Part shown: one piece after another, positions 61,569-64,000 of the stretch
Numbering within the stretch: the first letter of the stretch is position 1
Layout: the number at the start of each line of letters is the position of its first letter
Origin: the human T2T-CHM13v2.0 reference genome, Homo sapiens
Length of the DNA: 64,000 bases
NCBI RefSeq assembly: GCF_009914755.1
Contig: NC_060934.1
Direction: 5' to 3' (one strand)
Position numbers and translations under genes: made by a program
Notes under the pieces: model-generated
The model's database searches: none
What the model saw: only the letters and a program-made list of their open reading frames with translations
Told to the model about the DNA's origin: nothing

Positions 61569-61647
61569 TAAACTGCTATGTACCCCCTCTTCTATTAAAC
61601 TGCTATGTACCCCCTCTTCTATTAAACTGCCCCCTCTTCTATTAAAC
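61569..61647. repeat. Short tandem duplication: 27-bp unit x2 plus an internally deleted third unit
   Basis: TAAACTGCTATGTACCCCCTCTTCTAT twice, then TAAACTGCCCCCTCTTCTAT, then TAAAC. Confidence 0.9.
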
Positions 61648-62394
61648 CCATACATAACTCTTATCATCTGAGTTAACTATTCTCTTTTGGATCCATCCCT
61701 GTTTCCTGTATGTCCTACAGGGCAGGGATTCTTTTTGTCTATTTTATTCACTGATGTCAATCAAGCACCTAGAGTTCTGCCTGATACACAGTAAGCCCTC
61801 CGTAAATATTTGCATGATGAATGGTTTAACATACTGAACTGTCTTAATTTATACATCAAAACGTACATTCACATTCCCAGTGATCACACTATTCTTTCCC
61901 ACAGAGGTACATGAGGTTTCACAGGACTTATTTCCAGGTTAGGAAGGTTGGGTTTTGTTTTTTGGGCAATTAGCGGCACCTGAAGATTTTTTAGTAGGCA
62001 GATACAATGGTTAAAATTAGGATTGGCTGGCTAGGCGTGGTGGCTCATGCCTGTAATCCCAGCACTTTGAGAGGCTAAGGTGGGCAGATGGCTTGAGCTC
62101 AGGAGTTTGAGACCAGTCTGGGCAACATGGTGAAACTCATCTCTACTGAAAATACAAAAATTAGCTGGGCATGGTGGCGTGCAACCATAGTCCCAGCTAC
62201 TCGGGAGGCTGAGGTGGGAGGATGGCTTCCACCCAGGAGGCAGAGGTTGCAGTGAGCTGAGATACACCACTGCACTCCAGCCTGGGTGACAAAGCCAGAT
62301 CCTGTCTCAAAAAAAAAAATAAAAAATAGGATTGGTTGCAAATGACTAAACACCCCAAATTAATGAATAAAAAAAAAAAAAGGACAAGAAAGAC

Positions 62395-62581
62395 AGTGTG
62401 TGTATAAGTGTATATATATACACACATATACATATATACACACATATATATACACACACATATATACACACATATACACACAAATATACATATATATGCA
62501 CATGTATATACACATATATACACATATATACACATATATATACACACATATATACACATATATATATACACATATACATAT

Positions 62582-62613
<32 letters not shown>
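62395..62613. repeat. Compound (TA)n/(CA)n low-complexity microsatellite
   Basis: Direct reading; it is the source of the spurious YI/HT-rich ORFs. Confidence 0.95.
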
Positions 62614-62614
<1 letters not shown>

Positions 62615-62761
62615 GCTTTTTCCAGGTGAAGGCAAAGATATTCTAAGCAACATCATTATTCTGGTTGTTTCTCTTCATCTCATTTTTTAAAAACAGGTTT
62701 ATTGAGACATAATTCACATACTATACAATTCACCCATTTAAAGTGTACAATGAGTTTTTAG

Positions 62762-63100
<339 letters not shown>

Positions 63101-63262
63101 TGAGCCACCGCGGCCGGTCTGAGAAATTTTATACTCACTAGCAGTCACTTCCCATTTCCCCACAACATCCCCTCTCCTCTCCAGCCCTAGGCAAACACTA
63201 ATCTACTTTCTCTATATATAGATTTGCCTATTTGGGACATTTCATATAAATGAAATCATGTA

Positions 63263-63402
63263 ATATGTGGTCTTTTGTGATTGGCTTCCTAGTACAATGT
63301 TTTCAAGGTCTTCATATCATTTTAAAATAGAAATATGATCAGCTTCATCATGAAGACCTTGAAAACATTGTGCTAAGAAGCCAATCACAAAAGACCCCAT
63401 AT
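63263..63402. repeat. 53-bp inverted repeat (63263-63315 / 63350-63402) at the 5' junction of an AluY-like insertion
   Basis: The arms are reverse complements with 3 mismatches, and the spacer contains the Alu TSD. Confidence 0.9.
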
Positions 63403-63678
<276 letters not shown>

Positions 63679-63738
63679 TTAGAGCGTATGTAAGTTAAGC
63701 TGGGAGCAGTAGCACATGCCTGTAATCTCACCACTTTA

Positions 63739-64000
<262 letters not shown>

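Noticed and set aside
61569-61647. CRISPR-like or functional array
   Set aside because: Spacer-less slippage duplication in eukaryotic intronic DNA.
62197-62656. Tyr/Ile/His/Thr- or Val/Cys-rich ORFs
   Set aside because: Artefacts of the TA/CA microsatellite.

Overview
Human/primate-type genomic DNA (about 60 Alu copies) from inside DNMBP (Tuba, dynamin-binding Cdc42 GEF), transcribed on the - strand. Three canonical coding exons are resolved to the base: the ATG exon 43784-43938, a 123-nt exon 40897-41019 and a 1992-nt exon 27007-28998. Together they encode four N-terminal SH3 domains and a long Pro-rich linker. No CpG-island promoter or downstream DH/BAR exons lie in the window. Two structures stand out. 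(1) An intronic, repeat-free 1.2-kb ORF (1403-2558, -) ends in a phase-1 splice donor matching the phase of the 1992-nt exon, so it is probably an alternative first coding exon that replaces all four SH3 domains with a Tyr-rich disordered N-terminus. (2) A ~4.2-kb, ~98% identical inverted duplication (4166-8394 / 31578-35794) brackets only the frame-symmetric 1992-nt exon. It predicts a long dsRNA stem, in-frame skipping, a stop-less circRNA, or a 23-kb inversion. Three smaller templated insertions at Alu elements, a full THE1 provirus, a solo LTR8-like LTR, a Charlie1a-like element, an L1 3' end, a tailless U2 retropseudogene and a poly(A)-tailed hairpin LTR fragment are also visible. Repeat subfamily names come from recalled consensus sequences and identities are estimated by eye.
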